From Candidatus Thorarchaeota archaeon (GTDB lineage: Archaea > Asgardarchaeota > Thorarchaeia > Thorarchaeales > Thorarchaeaceae): a stretch of 47,081 bases of DNA. Both the position numbers and the translations under genes were made by a program. Of the stretch, positions 7,498 through 17,274 are shown in pieces (position 1 is the stretch's first letter; the number at the start of each line of letters is the position of its first letter). The notes beneath the pieces are model-generated. The model was given only the letters and a program-made list of their open reading frames with translations. It was not told where the DNA came from and did not search any database. The stretch spans positions 1 to 47,081 of the forward strand of contig JBHLQM010000021.1 of assembly GCA_048884785.1 (NCBI GenBank), in the 5' to 3' direction.

Positions 7498-9006
7498 TCA
7501 ATACTCAGCAAAATCGTATTCATCCTCTCTATATGATTTGGGCTCTCTAGAGGGAAACAATTTCTCAAACTTTTTCCTAACAACGTCCCCGTTCTTTATG
7601 TCCGAATAGACTCTCACAGACGGAATTGTTCTGCTCTGTTGTCGTAGTGCTTTGCTTAAGGGGCCACCTTCTTCGGTTTCATCAAGCCTGACGAGATCAA
7701 AACCAGAATCACCTCCTATGAGTATAGGGATGTTTTTGACAAAGTCTTCACCTAATGGCGGCAGTACGACATCTATAATCACATTGCCGGGTGTTTCCAA
7801 CACTTCAAGTTCAGATTCAAGAAGGGCTTCAATGTCTTCAGTCATGTTCCGAAATCGAAGCTGGTCCTCTTGATTAAATGACGCGATTGGTTTTGAAACG
7901 ATGACCTTGAACAGCCTACGGTATCTTATTCTGGCAGCATACTCTCTGACAAAGGGTATCTCAGATTCGCCAAGCCACCGATAAAGATCAGCATCTGTCA
8001 TTCGTGTGAACAGGCCAATGCATTCACTCTTTGACAGATCTTCCTCTTTCATTCTGAAATACGAGGCCTTTGAAGTGAGAGCTTCGGCAACTCTAACTGC
8101 GTGATGAAGGTAGAGGTCAGCGAACATCCAAGACCTACTAAGAATCAGTGCTTCCAGAGAATGAATTGCCTTAATCATGAATGCGCGATGATATTGTCCC
8201 TTGTCATCACGAACGACTCTATTTGTCAGAAGAACACGCTCTGCTGGAAAAATACCCAACTCCACACCACTAAAATGGGCATCTCGAATCAGGTAGTCAG
8301 TCTTATCAATATCAAGTGGACTATCAACAAAATCCGATAGCAACTTCATCACAGGGTCAGATGATCTTCGTTTCAGTACATCAACGACGGAAGCAGGATC
8401 AATCCCATTCTCTTTCAATGTGTCAGCAAGCTTGCTGTGGAGAATCAAGAACATACCCAAATCAGTATGAGTAAGGCCTGCCCAACTCTCCAACGCAAAC
8501 TCAATGGTATGCGATGTGGGAGGATGTCCGACATCATGTAAGAGGGCCACGGCTCTAAACAACTTCTGATACTCCGCATCCAGTAACTGGGATAGGGGAA
8601 TAAAATGGGGACGATTCATGTCATCGCAGTAGTTGACCACTCGAATGCATTTCTGGGCAAGAAAATTGGTACCAATACAGTGTTCAAACCGAGTATGTGT
8701 TGCTCCTGGATAGACAATATGAGCTGGGCCAAGCTGCTTGACATATCTCAGTCGAAGCATCTCCCAACCTGAGATGATATCAAGCTCCCAAGGTTCCAGC
8801 AGGATGGCCCCGTGAACAGGATCCTGTATTGCCTTTTGCCGTGTATGACGTTCTCCAAGCGCCAAAATCCGATTGTGCTCGTCCAACATTCCAGAGATTT
8901 CAGACCAGTTATTGGCCTTTGCTTCACGGGATTCTCGTATGATATCTTCTCGTAGCCCTGTCAGTCGAATGAGGTTCACAATCTCAATATCAAGTTCCGG
9001 ATGCAT
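7498..9006 (-). CDS. HD-superfamily phosphohydrolase (SAMHD1/COG1078 dNTPase-like)
   Basis: DPVHG, RLRYVKQLG, YPGATHTRFEH, LLHDVGHPPTSH and DIDKTDYLIRD motifs. Confidence 0.92.
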   Translation of the reverse strand: MHPELDIEIVNLIRLTGLREDIIRESREAKANNWSEISGMLDEHNRILALGERHTRQKAIQDPVHGAILLEPWELDIISGWEMLRLRYVKQLGPAHIVYPGATHTRFEHCIGTNFLAQKCIRVVNYCDDMNRPHFIPLSQLLDAEYQKLFRAVALLHDVGHPPTSHTIEFALESWAGLTHTDLGMFLILHSKLADTLKENGIDPASVVDVLKRRSSDPVMKLLSDFVDSPLDIDKTDYLIRDAHFSGVELGIFPAERVLLTNRVVRDDKGQYHRAFMIKAIHSLEALILSRSWMFADLYLHHAVRVAEALTSKASYFRMKEEDLSKSECIGLFTRMTDADLYRWLGESEIPFVREYAARIRYRRLFKVIVSKPIASFNQEDQLRFRNMTEDIEALLESELEVLETPGNVIIDVVLPPLGEDFVKNIPILIGGDSGFDLVRLDETEEGGPLSKALRQQSRTIPSVRVYSDIKNGDVVRKKFEKLFPSREPKSYREDEYDFAEY

Positions 9007-9070
9007 GTAATGCCCACCAAGCACAAGAAAGAGTATCTCCTATTAAAAGTGTGATAAGAGGACTAGAATC

Positions 9071-9607
9071 TCATCGTGTCATCTTTGTGTGTTGGCGAGC
9101 CTTAGTATATTCTAGAAGATTGTCGGTCTGCATGTTTTTGCAGTACTCATCAGGACTGCAATAGCCCCACTTCTTCATATTTCCACATCGAGGTGTTGCC
9201 CGAGCCTTATAGAAGGGAGGGGACAGGAGATTGGCCTTCTTTAGATAATTGGCGACGGTCTTGATGCTCTTGCTTCGCAATGCATTCCTAATGCAAGGAG
9301 GGGCTCGCTGAACGCTTCTCCATTTTATCAAATCAAATAGCTGATACCATAGCCGACAATTCTTGGAGAGATATAGATCATCGCAGTTTCCGCATAGTTT
9401 CCCATAGATAGATACAGAGCAAAACTCATCGCGAGTCATGAGTGTAAGACCGGGCTCACGCAAGAGATGAAACTTGACCTCTGCAAACCAGTCTGGAGTG
9501 AAAGAACGAAATTCCTCAATGAAAGAATTGAGCTCTCGAAGCAATTCCTTAACATCACAGTTCCAGTATTCCTGACTGATATAGGGGGTATCTGGTTCGG
9601 AAGACAT
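9071..9607 (-). CDS. Cys-rich protein with a C-terminus resembling the primase large-subunit (PriL) 4Fe-4S domain
   Basis: PPCI...TPRCGNMKKWGYCSPDEYC...NLLEY mirrors the PriL-CTD pattern PPC...PSC.TM...G.C.PD..C...PL.Y. Confidence 0.55.
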   Translation of the reverse strand: MSSEPDTPYISQEYWNCDVKELLRELNSFIEEFRSFTPDWFAEVKFHLLREPGLTLMTRDEFCSVSIYGKLCGNCDDLYLSKNCRLWYQLFDLIKWRSVQRAPPCIRNALRSKSIKTVANYLKKANLLSPPFYKARATPRCGNMKKWGYCSPDEYCKNMQTDNLLEYTKARQHTKMTR

Positions 9608-9766
9608 CAGGCAATCACAGAATAGTCTACAATCCACCTCTTAAGCCCATCAGTTGATGCGATACAGGATAGATTCAAAGAGGGGATACTAACCGATAAA
9701 TCTTAAATTTCACTTACACAGGTTCAGCTTATACTCTGATGCTGCTTACACGAGGCCAAATATGCA

Positions 9767-10774
9767 ATGCCTTCATTGAAACTAACTGCAAGTGCACCTC
9801 AGAAAGAGGTAATTACTCATTTGGAAGTCCTGGATGTCACGGGTGATGGCAAGGACAATATTGTAGTTGGTTCAATAAGCGGAAGTATACGAGTGTTTGA
9901 CTATTTGGATGACAATGGTAAATTGAAGGAGCTTGCACATCTTTCTGACTTGATTCCCATATCAACCCTAGGAGTAGGTGATGTCACAGGGAACGGGACT
10001 CCTGATTTTGTTGTAGGAGGGCTCGATAATACACTAAAGGTTGTCAGTTTTGTGAAGAATAAGCTAGAGCTGAAGGGTGATACGCCTCTAGGAAATCTGC
10101 CGACAGCAATAGTTGTGGCAAATGTTATGGATGATAAGAAAGCAGAGGTCATTGTGGCAACTAACGACAAAGCATTGCGATGCTACGGCTGGTTTGGAAG
10201 TTTCCTTGACAAACTCGCCCACAAGGTTGTTGAGAGACCTGTGTTCTCGATGATGCCCTTGTATATGGAGGGAACCCCATACTCTCGTTTCGTCTTTGGC
10301 GATGATTCAGAAACCCTCTATCTGTACCAATATGCAGATGATAGATTGCATGAAATCGCAGATGCAAAAGTGAATGGAGAAGTCAATCTTGTTGCAGCAG
10401 GGCGTGTAACAGGAAATCGCCTAGATGAAGTTGTAACGGCGAGCAATGGAAGACACATCACTCTCTTCAATGTAGGTTCAAAACCAATTGAAACGCTCGC
10501 CAAGATTCGAGCACCAAATGATGTGACTTCTGTCAGAATGGGAAATATTCTGAAGAACAGCAAGTCTAGTGGTCAAATTCTTGTTAGCTTAGCAAACTCG
10601 AAACTATCAATACTTGCGCTTGAAGGAAAAGAGCTATTTGAAGAAGCGTCCCTGAAAAACACAGGCAAGAGTGCCGAGTCAATAGTTGCCTTTGGTGACA
10701 TCGATGCAGATGGCAATGTTGAGATTGTTCAAGCAGTAGGAAATATGCTTCATTTTGTTACCATTGAGCAATAA
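9767..10774 (+). CDS. FG-GAP/VCBS-repeat beta-propeller protein
   Basis: Repeated DVTGDGKDNIVVG, GDVTGNGTPDFVVG, NVMDDKKAEVIVA and GDIDADGNVEIV blades; no signal peptide. Confidence 0.8.
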   Translation: MPSLKLTASAPQKEVITHLEVLDVTGDGKDNIVVGSISGSIRVFDYLDDNGKLKELAHLSDLIPISTLGVGDVTGNGTPDFVVGGLDNTLKVVSFVKNKLELKGDTPLGNLPTAIVVANVMDDKKAEVIVATNDKALRCYGWFGSFLDKLAHKVVERPVFSMMPLYMEGTPYSRFVFGDDSETLYLYQYADDRLHEIADAKVNGEVNLVAAGRVTGNRLDEVVTASNGRHITLFNVGSKPIETLAKIRAPNDVTSVRMGNILKNSKSSGQILVSLANSKLSILALEGKELFEEASLKNTGKSAESIVAFGDIDADGNVEIVQAVGNMLHFVTIEQ

Positions 10775-10794
10775 AAGCGGCTGCATAGATCCAT

Positions 10795-11229
10795 CTATTT
10801 CATCGGTGGCATGTAGAGTTCAATTGCCTGGAGAACCTTTATTGTCTTGATAGGAGTTTTTCCCTGAATCTTCGGCACAATACTATTCTCAGCCCATTTC
10901 CTGACGAACTCTCTAGCATCCTCAATGTCAGTGCCTTGTGCATTTCGGTCCAGCCTTATGAAGAGATGATAGGGTTCTCTGTTTGAGAGTTCTCTCTTTA
11001 CCATTGCCCAGAATGCCCTTGAACCCTCAGGAACATCAATACTACCAACAATCTCCGACCACTGCCGCCCCTCCATCCTTTTCGAAACTATAGCAAGATC
11101 CTTTAACTCTGGAACCTCTCGCAAAGCTTGCAGGACCTTCTCTCCTGTTGCCATCACGTCAGATACTTCTTTGAATTCTGCCACAAGATAATGATCGGCT
11201 CTAAAAATGGCCATGTTTTGAAACTCCAT
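10795..11229 (-). CDS. Hypothetical protein
   Basis: 144-aa ORF filling the gap between genes; no recognised motif. Confidence 0.6.
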   Translation of the reverse strand: MEFQNMAIFRADHYLVAEFKEVSDVMATGEKVLQALREVPELKDLAIVSKRMEGRQWSEIVGSIDVPEGSRAFWAMVKRELSNREPYHLFIRLDRNAQGTDIEDAREFVRKWAENSIVPKIQGKTPIKTIKVLQAIELYMPPMK

Positions 11230-11290
11230 GAATTGAATGATGGCGGCCTGTTCTCTTCGACTCTTAAGTATAATGGTGAACGGTATCTAA

Positions 11291-11899
11291 CTACTCACTA
11301 GTTTGAGCGACAATTTGGTTTCTGTAGTGAGCTACTCTGTAGACTGCAGTTGCAATACCAACAATAGTAACAACAATGAGACCAATTATTAGTAAGGATA
11401 TGACAGAGAAGAGAAATAGAATGAACAACCGCTCTGATCGTGCACCCAGTCCGATATCAAGGTCCTGAACTCCGAGAGGTTCTGCTCTTGCACGAGAATA
11501 GCTAGTAAGCAGCCAGCTTGTGATACATGCAAAAGCCCACAGTTCGATATTTAGACCGAGTACCTCAATGGACGGGAAGGCTAGTGGAATTGCCAGAAGT
11601 ATTATACCTTCTGATAGCTTGTCAACTATTGAGTCAGTGAATGCACCTTTCTTTGATGCCTTATTCGTTGCCCTTGCTACTGCGCCGTCAACTCCGTCCA
11701 AAAAACCAACAGTGAACACAAGAACTCCAAAGATCATTTGATTTTGAGTGAATACCAGTATCAGAAATCCGAAGAAAGCAAAAAGAAGAGAAGTGTACGT
11801 TATTGTGTTTGGATGAACATCCCGTTTAATGAAGGGTCCTGCAGCCATGAGAACTGGCTTGCGGAACACTCTGCGAAGTCTAAATTTGCTTGGACTCAT
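11291..11899 (-). CDS. CDP-alcohol phosphatidyltransferase (archaetidylinositol-phosphate synthase-like)
   Basis: HPNTIT and the DGVDGAVAR...GAFTDSIVD signature; membrane protein. Confidence 0.92.
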   Translation of the reverse strand: MSPSKFRLRRVFRKPVLMAAGPFIKRDVHPNTITYTSLLFAFFGFLILVFTQNQMIFGVLVFTVGFLDGVDGAVARATNKASKKGAFTDSIVDKLSEGIILLAIPLAFPSIEVLGLNIELWAFACITSWLLTSYSRARAEPLGVQDLDIGLGARSERLFILFLFSVISLLIIGLIVVTIVGIATAVYRVAHYRNQIVAQTSE

Positions 11900-11905
11900 T
11901 AACAA

Positions 11906-12916
11906 TTACTCCGTAAACACTCGGTTGTTGCATACCACGGCTCTTGACAGACTTGTTCTTTCACGTATGGTTGTAGAGTCAAAAAGGACTGCGTCTGCAA
12001 TTGTACATCTCTCTCCTATGTAATTATTTCTGCCTAGACTCACATGAGGACCAATTGAAGAATTAGCTCCTATGGTAGATTGATGTGCGACGAAAACAGG
12101 ACCATTTATGGTGACTCCCACACCCATCTTAACATTCGCGTTCAGTTCTAGTGAGTCACCAAACTCAAGAGTGTCATTTAATGGCATATAGAAACCCGGA
12201 AATTGAGGGTGTTCTCTCTCAAGAAACACGCGATTTGCATCTAAAAGCGCTGATACCGTATCAATATCAAACCACGTTCCGGATATCTTCGCAGTCCCTA
12301 TTTCAATTCCTCTGAGCTGCATCTCTTTGAGCACCTGAACGATGCTCGTCACTCCTTCCTTCCTGCACTCTCGGCATAGTTTCAGGAAAGATGCTTCAGC
12401 AACCAAAACCATTGCAGAAGTGCCGCTGATTGACGACTCGTCAATATCATGTCCAATACCTGTCAAGCGGCCTTCTGAGTCTACTGAAACGGGCGTACCA
12501 GCCTCAAAAGAAGTGTCGATTCCAAGCGTTACGATTGATTCCGGCTGCTCATGGTGTACATTGATAACATTGCGCAAAACTGACGATTCTGCAAACATAT
12601 CTACGGGACAAATAAGAACACGTTGGTCGATGCCTGATGTTGACATGACCAATGTTTCTAGCGCACCAATCTCATAGCTTGGCACTTCTACCAAGGTTAG
12701 ATGTGTTGTTTGGAATCTTTTTTCAACAAAACTTGAAATTTTCTCATGTTTGTATCCAACGCCAAGAATGATTTCGTCTATGTTGTTTTGGCGTAAAATG
12801 TCCACTAGATGCTCAAGCAGAGTTGCTCCGGCACATTCCAGCAGTGCCTTTGGAATCATTTGAGTGATTGGGCCCATTCTATCTCCACGGCCAGCTGCGA
12901 GAATAACTCCGAGGAT
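11906..12916 (-). CDS. Sugar-phosphate nucleotidyltransferase with left-handed beta-helix (GlmU/GCD1-like); probable ATC start
   Basis: The conserved GVILAAGRGDRM..IT...PKAL motif extends upstream of the ATG at 12877; WFDIDT motif; hexapeptide repeats at the C-terminus. Confidence 0.85.
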   Translation of the reverse strand: MLGVILAAGRGDRMGPITQMIPKALLECAGATLLEHLVDILRQNNIDEIILGVGYKHEKISSFVEKRFQTTHLTLVEVPSYEIGALETLVMSTSGIDQRVLICPVDMFAESSVLRNVINVHHEQPESIVTLGIDTSFEAGTPVSVDSEGRLTGIGHDIDESSISGTSAMVLVAEASFLKLCRECRKEGVTSIVQVLKEMQLRGIEIGTAKISGTWFDIDTVSALLDANRVFLEREHPQFPGFYMPLNDTLEFGDSLELNANVKMGVGVTINGPVFVAHQSTIGANSSIGPHVSLGRNNYIGERCTIADAVLFDSTTIRERTSLSRAVVCNNRVFTE

Positions 12917-12990
12917 GAGAAAACCTCCTAGTATATAGGCAAAATAGAAGGTTCTTATGTATGTTTACCAAGTAGGAAATAAGTGAAGAA

Positions 12991-13695
12991 ATGGTGAGCC
13001 CACGAATACTCAGACTTGATACTTCTGAGGACTACCAGAAGGCGATTGACGAAGCGGCCCTAGTCCTAGGTCAGGGAGGTTTAGTCGCATATCCAACAGA
13101 CACTAGTTATGGTTTGGCTTGTGATCCTCGCCTGCCTGACGCGTTGGATCGACTATTTGATGTTAAGAAGCGTAGCAAAGAGATAGGTGTCCCTCTACTG
13201 TTTTCAGATATATCGCAGTGTGAAGGATATCATGAGTTCGGTGGTCTTGAGAAGATTATAACTCGACTATTCTGGCCGGGCTTCCTGACTCTTATCGTAA
13301 AACCAAAAGACTCAGTTCCAGATTATCTGACTGGAGGACGAGCTTCAATAGCTATTCGAGTGCCAAACCATGATTTACCTCGTGGGATTGCCAAAAAAAT
13401 TGGAGGGCCAATTGTAGGAACTAGTGCGAATCTCACAGGTGGAGCAAGTCCCTTTGAACTCTCAACTGCATTAGAGCAATTGGGAGATGGCGTGGATTTG
13501 TATATTGACGGGGGACCATCCAATGCTAGCAACAACTCAACAATAATTGGTGTTGAAGAAGAGATGGAAGGAACCTCTAGCATCAAGGTCTATCGTGAAG
13601 GAGCGCTTTCAATTGAGAAACTTACAGAAAGTCTACGAGTGGATACTGAGGCAGTTCGATTTTGGACAAGTAGAGTAATTTATGCTGAAATGTGA
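12991..13695 (+). CDS. sua5: L-threonylcarbamoyladenylate synthase (YrdC/TsaC domain only)
   Basis: YPTDTSYGL, KKR, FWPGFLT, IRVPNH and TSAN motifs. Confidence 0.93.
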   Translation: MVSPRILRLDTSEDYQKAIDEAALVLGQGGLVAYPTDTSYGLACDPRLPDALDRLFDVKKRSKEIGVPLLFSDISQCEGYHEFGGLEKIITRLFWPGFLTLIVKPKDSVPDYLTGGRASIAIRVPNHDLPRGIAKKIGGPIVGTSANLTGGASPFELSTALEQLGDGVDLYIDGGPSNASNNSTIIGVEEEMEGTSSIKVYREGALSIEKLTESLRVDTEAVRFWTSRVIYAEM

Positions 13696-14239
13696 GGTCG
13701 GTTTTCTGCAAGAATTTAATATCCTCGTGGGTTGTCCCCGTGAGAGAGAACAGGCAGCGAAATCTGAAGTTCGCTATTTCATTGGAGATCTCATTGGAGA
13801 TGATGAACTGAGAGTCCATAGCACAAGTGTGATTGGACTTATCACTTGCATGACGGCTTTGAACCCATTCGATGTAATCAAGAAGCTCAAAGAATTCGCG
13901 GATGAAAACCCCTACCAATTCAGGTATGCAATAAAATTCACTCCTCTGGAGCTTTGTGTTAAATCGAATATTGAAAGTATCGTTAAGGCGACAGAAACGC
14001 TAATTTCAAAGATTGAAGAAGATGAAACATTTAGAGTCACAGTTCGTCGAAGACACACAAACCTAGAAAATATGGAAGTCGTGGAGGCAGTTGCGGGGGT
14101 CATTTCACGCAAAGTGAATCTCGAAAATCCCGACAAGACCGTCTGGGTTGAAATTGTTGGCGAGCTAACAGGTATTTCAGTATTGAATCCTGAAGTGGAT
14201 ATTCTATCAATCATGACACTGCGAGATGACATCTATTGA
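13682..14239 (+). CDS. THUMP-domain protein
   Basis: TFRVTVRRRHT and KVNLENPDKTVWVEIVG motifs. Confidence 0.9.
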   Translation: MLKCEVGFLQEFNILVGCPREREQAAKSEVRYFIGDLIGDDELRVHSTSVIGLITCMTALNPFDVIKKLKEFADENPYQFRYAIKFTPLELCVKSNIESIVKATETLISKIEEDETFRVTVRRRHTNLENMEVVEAVAGVISRKVNLENPDKTVWVEIVGELTGISVLNPEVDILSIMTLRDDIY

Positions 14240-14241
14240 TA

Positions 14242-14823
14242 TCAAGTATCTAATGCTACCATAGACACTCGGCTTGCCACACATCGCGACAAGGCATTCT
14301 GCAGGTCCCTTGTATCTCCAGAAGTTACGAAAGAATTCAGCTCTCTCGGCTCAATCTCAAAATACTTCATTATCATCTCAAGCCGATCTCGGTCAGCGGG
14401 AAATGGATCCTCCAATTCGGCACCAATCTCTCGGACCAACGCCTCAAGACAACTCAAGACATTTTCTTCTCGCTCTGCAATAATAACAGCACCAATATCT
14501 GTGAGATTATTGGACACCCCTATGGATTCCAGTGCGCGGCCAATCTGACGTTGGCCTGATGCATATACTGCAATCTCAACATCTAAGGACCTGGATTTTG
14601 CATAATCTCCCCGCCATGCATTTAGTGCATTCTGAGATGCCGCTAAAAGGTGATGAACATCCACTATTTTGGAGGCGTTGAACAGCTGGACGGCGAGAAC
14701 TTCTTTGCTCTGGCTCACGCCAATGGCGATTAGCTGCTCACCATCCAATTCATGTTCATTCCTAACTGCTGTAATTCCAACACAAAGTGGGCCTTTGTCA
14801 GATAGCAGCGAGTCAATATACAT
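14242..14823 (-). CDS. cgi121: KEOPS complex subunit Cgi121
   Basis: VQLFNA...HLLAA...SRSLDVEIAVYASGQRQIGRALESIG. Confidence 0.88.
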   Translation of the reverse strand: MYIDSLLSDKGPLCVGITAVRNEHELDGEQLIAIGVSQSKEVLAVQLFNASKIVDVHHLLAASQNALNAWRGDYAKSRSLDVEIAVYASGQRQIGRALESIGVSNNLTDIGAVIIAEREENVLSCLEALVREIGAELEDPFPADRDRLEMIMKYFEIEPRELNSFVTSGDTRDLQNALSRCVASRVSMVALDT

Positions 14824-14842
14824 GAACCATGCCTCTCATTGC

Positions 14843-15439
14843 CTATAATCTCTGGAGAAAGTAGTCAGCCACAGTGGGTTCAAAACCCACTTCAAAGACC
14901 AGCTTGTTTCTGATCTCTTTCATATTGAGCGATCTATCTTCGTCTTTGAACTTCTTTACAAGTGCAATGATAGATTCCCGAATCTCCCAGGGATAGACCG
15001 TCCAGCTCTCAACCATTTGCATATAGAAATCCGGAATAACACGAGACGTTGGTTTGAGATGAAGGACTGCAGTACGGAGTTGTTTGGCTCCTAGGCTCTT
15101 AACATATTCAATTGCTTGGTATAGACTCTCTCCTGAGTCCGCAACTTCATCAATTATGAGCACATTCTTCTCTTCAATTGGGATTGAGAGTGGTTGTGTT
15201 ATCTTGGGTTCTCGCCCGTGGACACCTAGGTCTGTGTAGTACTCGATTCGAACATTAAACATCGCACTGGCATACAACACATCGGAGAGAATACGGGCAG
15301 GTATCCAGCCGCCGCGAGCGATTCCAATAATCAAATCTGGAATAAATCCACTCTCAACAATGCGTTCAGATAGCTGGAGAGTCAAATTGTATACATCACT
15401 CCAGCTTAAAATCAAGTACTTCATGTCAACCACTACCAA
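14843..15439 (-). CDS. Purine phosphoribosyltransferase (type I PRTase)
   Basis: IARGGWIPARILSD, PRPP loop VLIIDEVADSGES, and WTVYPWE. Confidence 0.92.
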   Translation of the reverse strand: MVVVDMKYLILSWSDVYNLTLQLSERIVESGFIPDLIIGIARGGWIPARILSDVLYASAMFNVRIEYYTDLGVHGREPKITQPLSIPIEEKNVLIIDEVADSGESLYQAIEYVKSLGAKQLRTAVLHLKPTSRVIPDFYMQMVESWTVYPWEIRESIIALVKKFKDEDRSLNMKEIRNKLVFEVGFEPTVADYFLQRL

Positions 15440-15532
15440 TCAGGCTTGACCTGTCCTCTCGTTACCACCTAATTAATTACACCATCAAGAAGAGCACAAT
15501 ATACAAGAAGCTAGATTCTTTATGATGCAGGA

Positions 15533-16804
15533 ATGCAGATGAAACCAGACCTTCTCCTTACCAATATTGGACAACTTGCCACATTAGCTAATACTGAAGG
15601 AAGACCAAAGACTGGCGAAGAGATGCGAGAACTCTCAGTTATCAATGATGGAGCAATCGCGATTAAGGACCGGTTAATAGCCGAGGTTGGCACAACCAAA
15701 CAGATCCTCTCAACAGTTGATGATGTTACAACAGTCCCTCAAATTGAACTCCCGCATATGTTAGTGCTACCGGGATTTGTGGACAGTCACACACACCTAG
15801 TCTTTGGAGGGTCTCGAGAGAACGACTTTGCGATGAAGCTCGCTGGCAAGACCTACATGGAAATCCTAGAAGCGGGAGGAGGAATTCTCAATACTCTTCA
15901 AGCCACAAGAAGTGCAAGTAATGAGGAGCTTGTCAAGAATGCTTTTTCAATCGCGCAACGCATGTTGAGTGAGGGCACAACAACTATTGAGTCAAAGAGT
16001 GGCTACGGACTGAATACTGAGCATGAACTAAAGATGCTTCATGCAATGAATAATCTAAGAGAGAAGATACCCACAGGCATTGTATCAACATTCCTCGGAG
16101 CTCATGCAATTCCCCCTGAATATTCTGGGCGTGTAGATGATTATGTTGACCTTGTCATCAATGAAATGATTCCTATAGTAGCATCTTCGAATCTCGCAGA
16201 GTTTTGTGATGTGTTCTGTGAAGAGGGAGTCTTTGATGTGGAGCAATCAAGGAGGATTCTCCTGGCTGCCAAAGAGGCAGGAATGAAAATCAAAATCCAT
16301 GCTGATGAAATTGTTCAGCTTGGAGGTACAGAATTGGCAGCAGAAGTTGAGGCTGTTTCTGCAGACCATCTCTTGATGGCGTCTGATGATGGCCTTGAAG
16401 CCATAAAGAAGACAGGAACTATCGCCACGCTACTTCCGGCAACGGCGTTCAGCCTTAATACAAACTATGCCAGAGCACGCGATATGATAGAGATGGATGT
16501 TCCAATAGCACTTGCAACTGATTTCAATCCTAACTGCGCAAATGAATCTCTCTTTTTCACAATTGCACTCTCCTGCTATAAGATGAAGATGCATCCAAGA
16601 GAAGTCATATCTGCCTTGACAATAAATGCGGCACACGCAGTAGATCGAGCAGATAGTCTGGGAAGCATAGAGGTGGGAAAACGCGCAGATATTATAGCAC
16701 TAGAGTGTCCTAACCCAGAATATCTTGCATATAGATTTGGTGTGAATCTAATACATACTGTCGTGTCAAATGGAGATGTAGTTCATACAAAATTGGGTCC
16801 GTGA
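15533..16804 (+). CDS. hutI: Imidazolonepropionase
   Basis: PGFVDSHTHLVFGGSR, KSGYGL, FLGAHAIP, DVFCEEG, HADEI and ATDFNP motifs. Confidence 0.96.
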   Translation: MQMKPDLLLTNIGQLATLANTEGRPKTGEEMRELSVINDGAIAIKDRLIAEVGTTKQILSTVDDVTTVPQIELPHMLVLPGFVDSHTHLVFGGSRENDFAMKLAGKTYMEILEAGGGILNTLQATRSASNEELVKNAFSIAQRMLSEGTTTIESKSGYGLNTEHELKMLHAMNNLREKIPTGIVSTFLGAHAIPPEYSGRVDDYVDLVINEMIPIVASSNLAEFCDVFCEEGVFDVEQSRRILLAAKEAGMKIKIHADEIVQLGGTELAAEVEAVSADHLLMASDDGLEAIKKTGTIATLLPATAFSLNTNYARARDMIEMDVPIALATDFNPNCANESLFFTIALSCYKMKMHPREVISALTINAAHAVDRADSLGSIEVGKRADIIALECPNPEYLAYRFGVNLIHTVVSNGDVVHTKLGP

Positions 16805-17251
16805 TCACTGCGATTGATACTCTGATAGTAGCTTTGATGCTTTTGCGTTATTTTGGACCCACTCTACAAATCCGGTTAGCTTATCGACTGTCGCTGGTCT
16901 TACGATGTGCTCTATCTCACATGCATCGTCATTGGCAATTTCTGAATCGAGCCCAATCATTTCGAAAAACCATTTCAAGGTTGCATGGGTCTTCTCGAGA
17001 CGTTCAGCAATTGCACGACCTCTGGCAGTAAGGGTGACTTCTCGAGAGTATCGTTCATAGTTTACAAGACCTCTGTCAGGCTTGGAGAGCTTTCGAAGAA
17101 CATAGGTAACACTGGGCAGCCGCACGCATTTTGCATCCGCAATATCAGAAACCGTTGGAGTTCTGCCATCTCGTTCAATTTCATATATTGTTTCTAGATA
17201 TTGCTCCATAGATTTTGATAGTTTTTCCAAGAGATATCCTCCTGCCTTCAA
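16805..17251 (-). CDS. DtxR/MntR-family metal-dependent regulator
   Basis: MEQYLETIY, PSVT, LTARGR and DACEIEH motifs; the start may be TTG at 17230. Confidence 0.92.
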   Translation of the reverse strand: MKAGGYLLEKLSKSMEQYLETIYEIERDGRTPTVSDIADAKCVRLPSVTYVLRKLSKPDRGLVNYERYSREVTLTARGRAIAERLEKTHATLKWFFEMIGLDSEIANDDACEIEHIVRPATVDKLTGFVEWVQNNAKASKLLSEYQSQ

Positions 17252-17260
17252 ATTATGTTC

Positions 17261-17274
17261 TTAGATTCATCTAA
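17261..17274. promoter_or_regulatory. Candidate DtxR-family autoregulatory operator
   Basis: Perfect palindrome TTAGAT-TC-ATCTAA immediately upstream of the DtxR gene; degenerate copy at 17337-17350. Confidence 0.55.

Noticed and set aside
7492-16810. Convergent stops forming TGATCA with zero gap (7495-7500 and 16802-16807)
   Set aside because: Explained by genome compaction; two abutting TGA stops automatically make this palindrome.
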